Positions 17,946 to 26,817 of a stretch of DNA of 64,000 nucleotides are shown one piece after another (the first letter of the stretch is position 1; every line of letters begins with the position of its first letter). A program made the translations under genes and the position numbers. Source of the DNA: a bacterium (GTDB taxonomy: Bacteria > Hydrothermota > Tepidihabitantia > Tepidihabitantales > Tepidihabitantaceae). The DNA is taken from contig DATJQV010000075.1 in the NCBI GenBank assembly GCA_035505375.1, positions 10,673 through 74,672 on the forward strand, written 5' to 3'. The notes under the pieces were generated by a model, which made no database searches, was not told the DNA's origin, and was given only the letters and a program-made list of their open reading frames with translations.

Positions 17946-19261
17946 AAGTCGATGCGTCCCCGCCGTACCTCTTGTGGCCCGATGCCGTTCTCCATCTCAT
18001 CGTCGTCTGTGGTCTCGTTGACGGCTGACAACTTCAGAAGTGGAGCTAGCAAGGCCCTAGCTCGTTCGCTGAACTCATCGAGGAGGGTCGGTTCAGGGAG
18101 GTCGCGGACGAACTCCTCGAAATGCGCGCGATCAGCGTTACCCACCACAGTCACCTGCGGCGATTGGAGCTTGACGAACTTGCTGAGCTCTGAGCCTGCC
18201 TTATCCAGGGACACTTCGTCTATCTTGGCAGCCTTATCAAACGAAACCTCAGGTGCGTAGATGATCATCTGTAGCGTCGGGTTCTGCAGCGCGCTTAGCA
18301 ACACTCGGTTGACGTGAACGTCACCAAAACCATAGCCGTTTATCAAGATCGTTGTCTGTGGTCTGGCTAGGAAGTCGCCGAGGCGTCTGAACAACTCGCC
18401 GAAGAGGTAGTCTGTGGTCTGCATGTACTTTGACGTCCCCGGCATGACTACGAGATCCGGCCATTCCGCACCGACCTCGTTGTCTACCAGCTTCTTCAAC
18501 TTTCCCCATATAGCATTGCATGCTACCTCGCGCACGTGGCCCTCCTGGTTCAGCCTCCATGTTAGAGAGCCGTGCAGCTTAGCCAGATAGAAGTGATAAG
18601 AACCGAACCTTGCTTCGCCGCGGGCAAGGACGTTCCTATAGGCAAGGTCGAAGTTGTGCGGTGCGAATGTCCGATTGTGAAGTCCGCTGAAGCCGTTAAT
18701 CGCCATGAGACGCATCGACTCGGCTGCCCACTCCAAGGCCAAGTCATAGTTGAGGGTGAAAGCCCACGGGGCGGGTTGCCCTGGCTGTCTCGATGCGACC
18801 AGTCGACCCAGGAGCTTGCGGTGCGTGGATAATGACTCTGCGTCGTCGCAACGCGTCGGATGCCCAAATAGCTTCCTGTCGAGCAGTGTAGCCGAGACCA
18901 GAGTCCTCAAGAGCGCCAACCTATGCAACCTGAGCTTGTCTAGACCTTTGGCCTTCTGCCTCTCCCACTCGGCCTCGGCAGTCCTCAATGTGTCCAGCAA
19001 AGTCTCGACGTTCACGCCGGCAGCGTCGCCATCCGACTTGGTCACGAACCCCTCGGCTATCAGCCATTGAAGGCCGTCGGGACTGGATTGCTCGAAGTCA
19101 GTCCACACTTCTGACATCGTCTTACCGCCGACCTCATGGGAGGCACCGGCTCCCAGCAGTACGCCCACATTCTGAAGCCTCATCGCAGCAGCAATGTGCG
19201 ACCGTAGCTCTCTCGTGGTCATCATTCTCTCGCCTCTTAGCGCGACGTTAGACTCAGCCAT
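17942..19261 (-). CDS. SIR2-like (SIR2_2 family) NAD+-binding/NADase protein, partner of HerA
   Basis: GVLLGAGASHEVGG matches the GAGxS Rossmann motif, FTLNYDLALEW matches TxNYD, and KLHGSLTW matches the HG motif. Its position immediately upstream of herA matches the known SIR2-HerA gene order. Confidence 0.8.
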   Translation of the reverse strand: MAESNVALRGERMMTTRELRSHIAAAMRLQNVGVLLGAGASHEVGGKTMSEVWTDFEQSSPDGLQWLIAEGFVTKSDGDAAGVNVETLLDTLRTAEAEWERQKAKGLDKLRLHRLALLRTLVSATLLDRKLFGHPTRCDDAESLSTHRKLLGRLVASRQPGQPAPWAFTLNYDLALEWAAESMRLMAINGFSGLHNRTFAPHNFDLAYRNVLARGEARFGSYHFYLAKLHGSLTWRLNQEGHVREVACNAIWGKLKKLVDNEVGAEWPDLVVMPGTSKYMQTTDYLFGELFRRLGDFLARPQTTILINGYGFGDVHVNRVLLSALQNPTLQMIIYAPEVSFDKAAKIDEVSLDKAGSELSKFVKLQSPQVTVVGNADRAHFEEFVRDLPEPTLLDEFSERARALLAPLLKLSAVNETTDDDEMENGIGPQEVRRGRIDL

Positions 19262-19549
19262 AGTGTCCTCCTAGAAAAAGAAACAGAACGCTACTCGCAT
19301 ACACAACCCTGTCATCTGCGGCTCAGTTCTGGGGGCTGGCTTGCCTGCATGGTAGAGCTCACACAGGGCAGGGCCAAGCTGGCTCGGATAGGACTGACTC
19401 CAGAGTGACGGCACGACCTTCCAATCACTTCCGCTCCAGGAACTGCCGGATGGCGGGGATGCAGGCGGCGAGACCGGCTCCGGTTCGCGGGCGGGCTTCC
19501 GTCACTTCCCTTCTGATGCGCTTCTGGAATCGCCCCGTAGCACACACCG

Positions 19550-22500
19550 TCATGGGTTATGCCTGAAGCCCAGTGCTTCAGCAGCCTCCCAAAGAACGCG
19601 AGCAGTTTCCTCAAGCTCTGCGGGGAGCTTCCTGGCGCTCTCGTGGTATTGTCCAATCGTGAAGGCTAAGTTCCGAGCTTTCGGAGTCAGGTGATCATCC
19701 ATCTTCGCCCATCTGGCCAGCGCGTACCAGGCGGCAGCCTCCGCGGAGGCCTTTGGGCTTGTGGTCTGACGGATAGCTGGGGCGGGTCTGAGCCGAGACC
19801 TGACTTGTGGCCTAACTTCCTTGGCGACAGCCTCTACGGCCGTCGGGGCGACTTCCCACTCGAATGGCGTCTGCGTGGGTGCCTGGCGCGCGGGACTCAC
19901 TTGAGCGTGGTAGCTTGGGGCCGGTAACTCCGCCAGGACACGGACAACCTGCTCAATGCACTGGTCGCGGCTGTGCCAGTACTTACGTGAGGGCACACGG
20001 AAGACATGCCACCCCGCTCTTTCTAGGATGTGCTGGCGCTCGATGTCCTCGATCCTCAACTCGCCGGCGTCATCGTAGTGAAACCGCCCGTCACACTCAA
20101 CTGCCAAGCGCCGTCCGCTTGCGTCGGTCACAACAAGGTCGATGCGGAATCCGCAGGCGGGATATTGGGGTATTACGTTCAGGCCCCGCCGCTCAAGGAG
20201 CATGCACACATCCTCTTCGAACGGGCTGTCATGCACGCTCAGCGCTGGGATGGGACCGCAGTTCGGGTTCTTACAGTGAATCAAGAAGTCTCGAACTAAA
20301 CCCGCAGGGAACTCGCTGACGTCCATGCTTGTGTAGCAGATCACTTTCTTGCGCGCTCGGGTGAAGGCGACATTCATGCGGCTTTCACCTCGATTCGCCT
20401 GCTGAATGGCTAGTACGACGCCTGGGTGCGAGTTTGGGGCGTACCTGAAAGAGTAGAAGATCACATCCCGTTCATCACCCTGGAAGCCATCGACCGTGGA
20501 CGCGATTAGTGGTTCGCGCGCAGACCTCGTCGCTAACGTGCTGTCATCAATTAGGATATCTTCAAGCTTGGCCCTTATGTAGGCTGCCTGCTCCCTGTAG
20601 AGCGATAGCACGCCGAATGACATGTTTTCGTACGCCGGGTCACGCATCCGGCGCGTCAAATCAGCGATGAGCAGATCAGCTTCCTTCTGGTTCACTGAGT
20701 TCTCATCTTCGAGTGCCCCTTGCACGTGAATGACCTCAAAGGCGCCACCCACCGGTGCGGCGGCACCATGGGTCATTATCCTGAGCTGATTGGAATAGAA
20801 CCTCGAGTTGGAGAAGGCGATGATCTCCGGCAGGCTGCGGTAATGCTCATTGAGAAACACCTTCCTTTCGCGCCACAGGGCGACTAGATCCAGCAAGGAT
20901 GATTCCAACACGTCAAAGGCAAACGCCTTTGGGAGGGCGTCTATGCCATATCGACGCTTGATAAGGGCGTTGGTAGGCACTGGAAAGAACATGAGGTCTG
21001 AGTTCGGAAGCTGCTTCTCGTCACCGACCACGATTGCCGACTTCGCCCTGTACAAGAGCGGCAGTGCTCCCATAAGGTGGCATTGCGACGCCTCGTCGAC
21101 TATCACCACGTCGAATAGTCCCGGTTCGAGAGGGAACACCCTGCAGACGTCATTCACATTCATGACCCAGCAAGGCAGCACGTCAAGGATTCTGCTGAAA
21201 TTGACGTCGTTCTTGAGCCGTTCGAAGCTCTCGAAGTTCCTCCTGCTCCTTCTCAGTGCCTTGCGCAACGTGGCAACATCACGCCCCACATCGCGAGACG
21301 CGTACTGCCGGCCGAGGTTTGTGTCGACGCGCCGACGCAGGAGTTTTGCCGTGTTTTCGGCGAGATCGTGCTCGTTCTTCTTAATGGCGACCGCAACGCT
21401 CGCAGTGTCGTGCGGATGAGAGCACAAGTCCGCTTGGACGGCCTCGTTGAAGCGACGCGCTCTCACGAGCCGAAGCAACTGGTCGCGGCCCAACGGTTGC
21501 TGCAGCACTCGTGGCGTCGCGGTCTCATCGCGGAGCCACGCGGCCAAGTGCGGGCCCAACGCAGGTTCCGCCTGCCTGAGCGCAGCAAACTGCTCGATTG
21601 AGAGGGCGAGCCTCCGCATAACCTCAGCAGTTTCCCGCAGTTTCTTGTATTTGTTACCCTCCGTCAACTGAAGCACCTCGTATGCCGAGGCGATCGGCTT
21701 CATGTTCGCGCATGCCGCTACGAGTTCGTCACCCTTCACCAACGCAGACAGAGCCTTCGTGACGATATCAATATGCTCCTTGGCGGATGCGACGGAGAGT
21801 AGGTCGTCAATGGACAGGCAATCAAAAGGTTGTTCTCGCAAGGCCAGCTCGACAGCGGATTGGAGATCAGAAAGGGCTAAGACGTCGAGCAGCCTCCGTG
21901 ACTGCTTCAATAGGGTTGTTGTGTCTCCAGCGCGCGCGGCCAACACGAAACTGTTCTGGCAGAGTTCCACGGGGAGACGACGTGCTAGGTCGGTTATCTC
22001 GGCGCGTGCTCGCATCCTCTGCCAACGTCTCCGCATGTGGTACCAACGGCAATCACGGTTGGCCCTTACTTTCTCTGCAATACTGATCATCCGCGTGAGG
22101 TCATCGCGAGCTGTGCTGCGCATGTCATCATCATATACGCTGAGCGCGGCGGCCTGCTCCCGCAATAGCCCGACATCATCGTATCTTTGTCGCATCAGTT
22201 CCAGGCACTGAGCGAATTGTATAGCGTGCGGCTCGACCTTTCCTATTGCCTGAAGTATGCGACTGGCAAGACTAGGCGAGAACGCCTGGTCAGCAAGCAG
22301 GTCTGTCTTCGTCTGCACTACGCCATCGGCAGCCAGCAGTTCTCCCAGGGTGGCGAGTATGCCGGCAAGCGAAAGCATGCCATTCGCAACCGTCGTGGGT
22401 TCCTCGTTGAGGAGAGGCATCGACTGAGCCCAGGAGGATAACACTCTCCACCAACTGCTGGGCTCGAATCCCGCACTTCCCGACGCGAACCTCCGCAAGT

Positions 22501-23938
22501 AATCCTGCATACGTTGCACGAGCTGCTCGTCCTCCATGTCAGGTAATCTGATGTCGGACGGCATGACGTCATCAGATCGAGTCGCGTGGTATGACCTGAA
22601 CAGCGGTTCGCTTTGGTGCTCCTGCTGTCTGGCGGCAGAGAAACTGTTCGACAACTCAGCAGCATTGTGTCTGAGGCCGACTCGTTCCATCTCAAGGCTC
22701 GACAACGACCTGCTCAGCAATTCCGCTCTGCTGGTTTGCAGGTGAGCGTCAATGGCCTGCAGTTTCTGCTGCAGAAGGCGTTTGGACTCTGCGTCATCCC
22801 TCAGGAGGGTCATTGACAGGTATTCCACGCCGAGCTCGTTCAGTTTGTCGGAGACGACCTCCAGGGCTTTGTTCTTCTGGCTCGTCACAAGCACGGACTT
22901 TCCTTCCGCTACCAGATGGCACACGAGGTTACAGATGGTCTGAGATTTCCCGGTGCCCGGCGGCCCTTGGACTTCCACTAGTCGATGGCTATCTACACAC
23001 GAAAGAACACTGCGTTGCGGCGGATTACTTGCGAAGGGGAAGATGCAGTCCACTGTCTCCTCGCCGCTAGGCGACTCCTCTGCAGCAGCGTCTACCGGCT
23101 GCGAGGCGTCGCCGAACATTGATGCCAACACTGAGCCCTCTACTGACAAGTCTGGATCCGCCAGAGCTGCAAGGTTGCTCTGGAGGTAATACTGCGGATT
23201 CGCGACTAGCAGTAATGCTGCACAGGGCATGACGTCCAGCCGTGGACCAGCTGCTGCCCGCCCCCGGGTTAGTTTTTCTAGTGTCCACTCCCAGTCGAGT
23301 GGAGGTGCGAAGGCGGATGTTGCGTTCGCCACTGTTCTCACGAATTCAGTGAAGTCGGCATCCGCGAGGGGAAGCGATGGCACTCTGAGGTCCCTTACGG
23401 ACAACTCGAAGTAGTGTTGTTGCTGCTCAGTCAGGAGCTTTGGCCAAACCTGGGAGTTGAAAGTCAGACTATCATTGACTAGACGGATCTTCACCGCCGA
23501 AGTCGGTAGGTCGACTGTAACCGCGCAGCGAACGGTAAAGAGTGGCGCGCATATCCGGACGTCTCGCGGGCCGACTCCGACTAGGAAGGGGTAGCCGTAA
23601 ACGATCTCGCGTTCATATGGGTTCAGTACCTGTCTCTGGTGGAGTCGCTTAAGTCGGTCGAATGCGACGGCCGGATCGTTGTTCGCCGGACCTTCGGACG
23701 AGTGTAGCTCAGCAGCCGCTGGGATGTCGAATAGCTCTTCGCGCGCGCTCGGCGGCCTGATGGTAGCCTGTCCTGTACCCTTGAAGAGCGTCTCGGCGTT
23801 TTGCAGAAACGACATGTCAACATAGTCATGCACGCCCGCTTGGAACACATCCGTCAGGTGTTTGTTGGCAGCGTCATAGGTGAGTTTTGTTACGGCTTGG
23901 TAGTACTGGGCGAGTCGGCTTATATCGGAACTAGTCAT
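19550..23938 (-). CDS. giant SF1 (Upf1/DNA2-like) helicase with N-terminal DUF4011-like region and C-terminal DUF559/Vsr-like endonuclease domain; architecture of the single-gene Hhe defence system
   Basis: Walker A VQGPPGTGKSQTICNL and motif II FDVVIVDEASQ. The AAA_12-like motifs NEHYRSLPEIIAFSNSRFYSN and STVDGFQGDERDVIFYS are present. The C-terminal IDLVVTDASGRRLAVECDGRFHYDDAGELRIEDIERQHILERAGWHVFRVPSRKYW is DUF559-like. The protein is 1462 aa long. Confidence 0.85.
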   Translation of the reverse strand: MTSSDISRLAQYYQAVTKLTYDAANKHLTDVFQAGVHDYVDMSFLQNAETLFKGTGQATIRPPSAREELFDIPAAAELHSSEGPANNDPAVAFDRLKRLHQRQVLNPYEREIVYGYPFLVGVGPRDVRICAPLFTVRCAVTVDLPTSAVKIRLVNDSLTFNSQVWPKLLTEQQQHYFELSVRDLRVPSLPLADADFTEFVRTVANATSAFAPPLDWEWTLEKLTRGRAAAGPRLDVMPCAALLLVANPQYYLQSNLAALADPDLSVEGSVLASMFGDASQPVDAAAEESPSGEETVDCIFPFASNPPQRSVLSCVDSHRLVEVQGPPGTGKSQTICNLVCHLVAEGKSVLVTSQKNKALEVVSDKLNELGVEYLSMTLLRDDAESKRLLQQKLQAIDAHLQTSRAELLSRSLSSLEMERVGLRHNAAELSNSFSAARQQEHQSEPLFRSYHATRSDDVMPSDIRLPDMEDEQLVQRMQDYLRRFASGSAGFEPSSWWRVLSSWAQSMPLLNEEPTTVANGMLSLAGILATLGELLAADGVVQTKTDLLADQAFSPSLASRILQAIGKVEPHAIQFAQCLELMRQRYDDVGLLREQAAALSVYDDDMRSTARDDLTRMISIAEKVRANRDCRWYHMRRRWQRMRARAEITDLARRLPVELCQNSFVLAARAGDTTTLLKQSRRLLDVLALSDLQSAVELALREQPFDCLSIDDLLSVASAKEHIDIVTKALSALVKGDELVAACANMKPIASAYEVLQLTEGNKYKKLRETAEVMRRLALSIEQFAALRQAEPALGPHLAAWLRDETATPRVLQQPLGRDQLLRLVRARRFNEAVQADLCSHPHDTASVAVAIKKNEHDLAENTAKLLRRRVDTNLGRQYASRDVGRDVATLRKALRRSRRNFESFERLKNDVNFSRILDVLPCWVMNVNDVCRVFPLEPGLFDVVIVDEASQCHLMGALPLLYRAKSAIVVGDEKQLPNSDLMFFPVPTNALIKRRYGIDALPKAFAFDVLESSLLDLVALWRERKVFLNEHYRSLPEIIAFSNSRFYSNQLRIMTHGAAAPVGGAFEVIHVQGALEDENSVNQKEADLLIADLTRRMRDPAYENMSFGVLSLYREQAAYIRAKLEDILIDDSTLATRSAREPLIASTVDGFQGDERDVIFYSFRYAPNSHPGVVLAIQQANRGESRMNVAFTRARKKVICYTSMDVSEFPAGLVRDFLIHCKNPNCGPIPALSVHDSPFEEDVCMLLERRGLNVIPQYPACGFRIDLVVTDASGRRLAVECDGRFHYDDAGELRIEDIERQHILERAGWHVFRVPSRKYWHSRDQCIEQVVRVLAELPAPSYHAQVSPARQAPTQTPFEWEVAPTAVEAVAKEVRPQVRSRLRPAPAIRQTTSPKASAEAAAWYALARWAKMDDHLTPKARNLAFTIGQYHESARKLPAELEETARVLWEAAEALGFRHNP

Positions 23939-24034
23939 GGAAGCTCAATGGAACACTCCCGGCATTCCGAGCCTCCATCGGGGGTTTGGCGAAGCTAAGT
24001 CTTTGAGGGCAAGGTCTTTGAGGACCTGCAGTTG

Positions 24035-24271
24035 CTAGATGCGCTGCTCGGTCCATTCGCTCTCGCCCGAGAAGACGTACTGGAAGAGCCAGAGGTCGAA
24101 CTGCTCGCGGAGGAAGGCCTTGGCATTCTTGTTGATGAAGTAGTCAACCTCGCTCTGCCGCTCGAACACGCGGAACGCCCGCTCGACCGCTTCTTCCTTC
24201 ACCTCGACGCCGAGCTTGTGCAACTGGCGCATGATGTCGTCCATGGTTCGGCGGATTCGTTCTTCGTTCAT
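24035..24271 (-). CDS. small hypothetical protein (78 aa) downstream of fic
   Basis: ORF with balanced composition: MNEERIRRTMDDIMRQLHKLGVEVKEEAVERAF...LWLFQYVFSGESEWTEQRI. No family assignment could be made. Confidence 0.35.
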   Translation of the reverse strand: MNEERIRRTMDDIMRQLHKLGVEVKEEAVERAFRVFERQSEVDYFINKNAKAFLREQFDLWLFQYVFSGESEWTEQRI

Positions 24272-24385
24272 CGTTCTTCGTTAATCGGCCACACCGCACT
24301 TGCCGGTATCAGGCATGAGAGTCTACGGCGTCAGCGCATATAGGTACTGAAAGCCGGTTCAGTACACAATAATTGCGCATCGTAC

Positions 24386-25432
24386 CTATACCCGCTTCCA
24401 CTTCGCGTCCGGGCCGCGTCCGAGGCATCCGAGTCTTCCCGCCTTGCGTTCGTTGCGCAGGATGCGGCGGATAAGGTCAATGCCGACGTTGGGGCAGCGC
24501 TCAAGGACGTCGCGGGCCGAGAAATCGCCGGATATGTGCTCAAGCATGTCCAGCACGAGGGCGGTCTTGCTGCCGCGTCCGGTCGCGACCAGGCCGACCC
24601 GGCGTTCAAATTCCTGGTACGCCCCGACCAGCATCACGCCGAGGAAGTACTCAAGCCACGGCGTCAGATCGTGTTTGGCCTGATGCCAGCGCTGGGAGGA
24701 ACGGTAGAGCGTGTCGTAGTAGCCGGGTTTCGTGTCTTCGACAACCCGCTCCAGGCTGACGTACCTGCCGACTTCGTAGCCGGCACGGTAGAGAAGTTGC
24801 AGCGTGAGCAGGCGTGCCAGTCTGCCGTTGCCGTCGCTGAATGGGTGAATACACAGGAAGTCGAGGACGTAGGCGGCAATGAGGAACAGCGGTTCAATGT
24901 CGCCTTGGTCCCAGCGAAGGTCGAACCGCTCGTGCAGCGTCGCCATGGCCGCAGGCGTCTGGCGTACGCCGACCGGGACGAACTGCACGACCCGGATTCC
25001 CTCAGGCATGACCGCAACGATCTTGTTGTTCTTTCGCTTCCAGTGCCCGCCTTGTCCCGGGACCAGCCGAAACACCTGCCCGTGCAGGGCCAGCACCGAT
25101 GGCGCGTTGAACGCCATCCGGACGTGGTTGGCGTGAATCGAGTTGAGCGCGTCGCGGTAGCCCGCAATCTCCTGCTCCGACCGGTCCCGCGGCCTGGTTC
25201 TCCTCGCAACCAGCTCGCGAATCCTCTCCGGGGACGCGGTAACGCCCTCTATCCGGTTCGACGATTCAGTGCTCTGGATGATGGCCACTTGTCTCAGCGT
25301 TTCGAGAACCTGCGGTGCTTGCTCTTTGAACAGGTCCTGCCTGCCCTTGTATTCGCCCAGCAGTCTGACGGTCTTGAGCAGGTTCTGACTGACCGGCACG
25401 CGCTCCAGGTAGCCGGTCTTGAACGAGTTCAC
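24386..25432 (-). CDS. fic: Fic family protein (Fic_N + Fic + C-terminal wHTH)
   Basis: Fic motif HPFSDGNGRLARLL. The N-terminal Fic_N-type motif STESSNRIEGVTASPERI (SxxxEG inhibitory-helix pattern) is present. The length is 348 aa. Confidence 0.85.
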   Translation of the reverse strand: MNSFKTGYLERVPVSQNLLKTVRLLGEYKGRQDLFKEQAPQVLETLRQVAIIQSTESSNRIEGVTASPERIRELVARRTRPRDRSEQEIAGYRDALNSIHANHVRMAFNAPSVLALHGQVFRLVPGQGGHWKRKNNKIVAVMPEGIRVVQFVPVGVRQTPAAMATLHERFDLRWDQGDIEPLFLIAAYVLDFLCIHPFSDGNGRLARLLTLQLLYRAGYEVGRYVSLERVVEDTKPGYYDTLYRSSQRWHQAKHDLTPWLEYFLGVMLVGAYQEFERRVGLVATGRGSKTALVLDMLEHISGDFSARDVLERCPNVGIDLIRRILRNERKAGRLGCLGRGPDAKWKRV

Positions 25433-25444
25433 TCAGTGCCCCGC

Positions 25445-25560
25445 AGGTAGTCGCACGGCCTTGAGGCAGCATGCAGTAGGCAGTACACAGCACACAGGCA
25501 TCAAGACGACGGTCCTTTCACGCCGGCGATAGACGCTATCAGGCCATGAAGCATCCCAGA
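25445..25560. repeat. CAGCATACAGCA / GCAGTAGGCAGTACACAGCA repeat block (same family as 14395..14525 and 25990..26075)
   Basis: gcagcatgcagtaggcagtacacagcacacagg ... cagcatgcagcagacagcatacagtatacgg. Confidence 0.45.
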
Positions 25561-25604
25561 GCAGCATGCAGCAGACAGCATACAGTATACGGGGAAGAGA
25601 GTCG

Positions 25605-25985
25605 TCACTGTGACGTGATCCTCGTCCCGTTTGCGACTGATCTTGTCAAACCGTGGAGCATTCTGGCGATCTCTTCGGTACTCTCGACCATCTCGCGGTT
25701 GTCAGGCATGTATCCCAAGTCCTTTGAGAGAATCAGGTAGTAGCGCAGCTCTTCGAGCGAGCCTTGCGCGATATTGTAGAAGTTGAGCTTGTCCCGGACC
25801 CCGCGCTTCTTGAAGCCTTCCGCCAGATTGGCCGGCACCGAGACTGCGGCTCGTCTCATCTGCGAAGTCAGTCCGAACCGCTCCTCAGCCGGGAAGCTCC
25901 CTGTGATTCGATAGACCTGCAGCACCATCTGGTGGGCCTTCTGCCACACCGTCAAGTCCCCGAATTGCCTTATCTTCTCAGCCAT
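25605..25985 (-). CDS. four-helix-bundle protein (23S rRNA intervening-sequence protein family, PF05635-like)
   Basis: MAEKIRQFGDLTVWQKAHQMVLQVYRITGSFPAEERFGLTSQMRRAAVSVPANLAEGFKKR...NIAQGSLEELRYYLILSKDLGY matches the family consensus. The ORF track extends it to 26066 through a repeat, so an internal start at 25985 is preferred. Confidence 0.6.
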   Translation of the reverse strand: MAEKIRQFGDLTVWQKAHQMVLQVYRITGSFPAEERFGLTSQMRRAAVSVPANLAEGFKKRGVRDKLNFYNIAQGSLEELRYYLILSKDLGYMPDNREMVESTEEIARMLHGLTRSVANGTRITSQ

Positions 25986-25989
25986 GCTA

Positions 25990-26075
25990 GCCAGTATACA
26001 GTATGTAGCATACAGCATCCAAGAGCCGCTCCCTGCATACTGCATACTGTATGCTGTATGCTGCAAGGAAACGCT
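25990..26075. repeat. ATACAGTATGTAGCATACAGCA ... TGCATACTGCATACTGTATGCTGTATGCTGCA palindromic repeat block
   Basis: Internal inverted symmetry (CAGTATACAGTATG / CATACTGTATGCTG). Related to the blocks at 14395 and 25445. Confidence 0.45.
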
Positions 26076-26200
26076 CCTGGCTCTTGTCTGCTTTGGCTGT
26101 CGCGTTCACAGCCACGGCAAACCTCCAACACGGTGCATCGACATGCGTCAGAATGTTAGTCTCGTGCCGTACATAGTCAAGCCCGCGCGCGACTGGGCGG

Positions 26201-26590
26201 TCAGTCGGAATCGTCCGTGCTCCCGGCCAGGGGCAGGGCACGGATGCGGACTCGGGCCTGCTCGAAAACAACGACGCTGCCCGATTCGAGCGCCTCAGCG
26301 ACGCCAGGCAGGTTCTTCAGCAGCAGCGCGACCTGACGTTCGGGCCGCCGTTCGGTCCGACGCCGGAACAGGATGACCGACGGCTGTTTGAGAGCCCGGT
26401 GCGCGAGAATCTGTCCGAAGTCGGTGTCCGCAGAAATGAGGATTCGCCCTTCGCGGGCGGCGCAGGCAAAGACTGTCTCGTCGTCGGCGTCACGGATTCC
26501 TTTGTCCCGGACGTGCGACGCATCGTGTCCGGCCCGACGCAACGCCGCGGCCACGTCGGGCGAGAGGGCATTGTCGACGAGGAACTTCCA
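26201..26590 (-). CDS. DUF5615 (PIN-like, Mut7-C-like) putative toxin; the reading frame has no in-frame start codon (possible frameshift or pseudogene)
   Basis: The frame translates [61 protein letters not shown], matching the DUF5615 consensus (xLLLDENLSPRL...AGHDA). A TGA lies immediately 5' of the W codon, and the first ATG is only at 26554. Confidence 0.5.
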   Translation of the reverse strand, partial: WKFLVDNALSPDVAAALRRAGHDASHVRDKGIRDADDETVFACAAREGRILISADTDFGQILAHRALKQPSVILFRRRTERRPERQVALLLKNLPGVAEALESGSVVVFEQARVRIRALPLAGSTDDSD

Positions 26591-26817
26591 TCAGCGACCA
26601 GCAGCGGCAGCTCGCGCTCGCGCACTGCTTCTGCGGCATAGCGCATGGCCTCGCGGATGTCCTCGGTCTCGAGGTCCGGGTAGGCCTTGAGTATTTCCAC
26701 CTCGGCCATGCCATCCGCGAACATACCCACGATGGTGGCGACCGGAATCCTCAAGCCCCGAATGCAGGGCACGCCGCCCATCTGGAGCGGGTCAATCGTG
26801 ATGCGTGTGAATTTCAT
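26317..26817 (-). CDS. DUF433 antitoxin-like protein (first ~80 aa) whose frame reads through ~85 low-complexity codons over the DUF5615 gene; probable junction frameshift
   Basis: [65 protein letters not shown] matches DUF433. The remainder ([21 protein letters not shown]...) is an out-of-frame translation of the DUF5615 gene. Confidence 0.5.
   Translation of the reverse strand: MKFTRITIDPLQMGGVPCIRGLRIPVATIVGMFADGMAEVEILKAYPDLETEDIREAMRYAAEAVRERELPLLVADGSSSSTMPSRPTWPRRCVGPDTMRRTSGTKESVTPTTRQSLPAPPAKGESSFLRTPTSDRFSRTGLSNSRRSSCSGVGPNGGPNVRSRCC

Noticed and set aside
19312-19656. 114-aa ORF between the Hhe-like gene and SIR2
   Set aside because: It overlaps the 3' end of the 1462-aa gene in another frame and has no start context. 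It is probably spurious.
24536-25450. 304-aa plus-strand ORF
   Set aside because: It is antisense to the Fic gene, which carries the diagnostic HPFSDGNGR motif.
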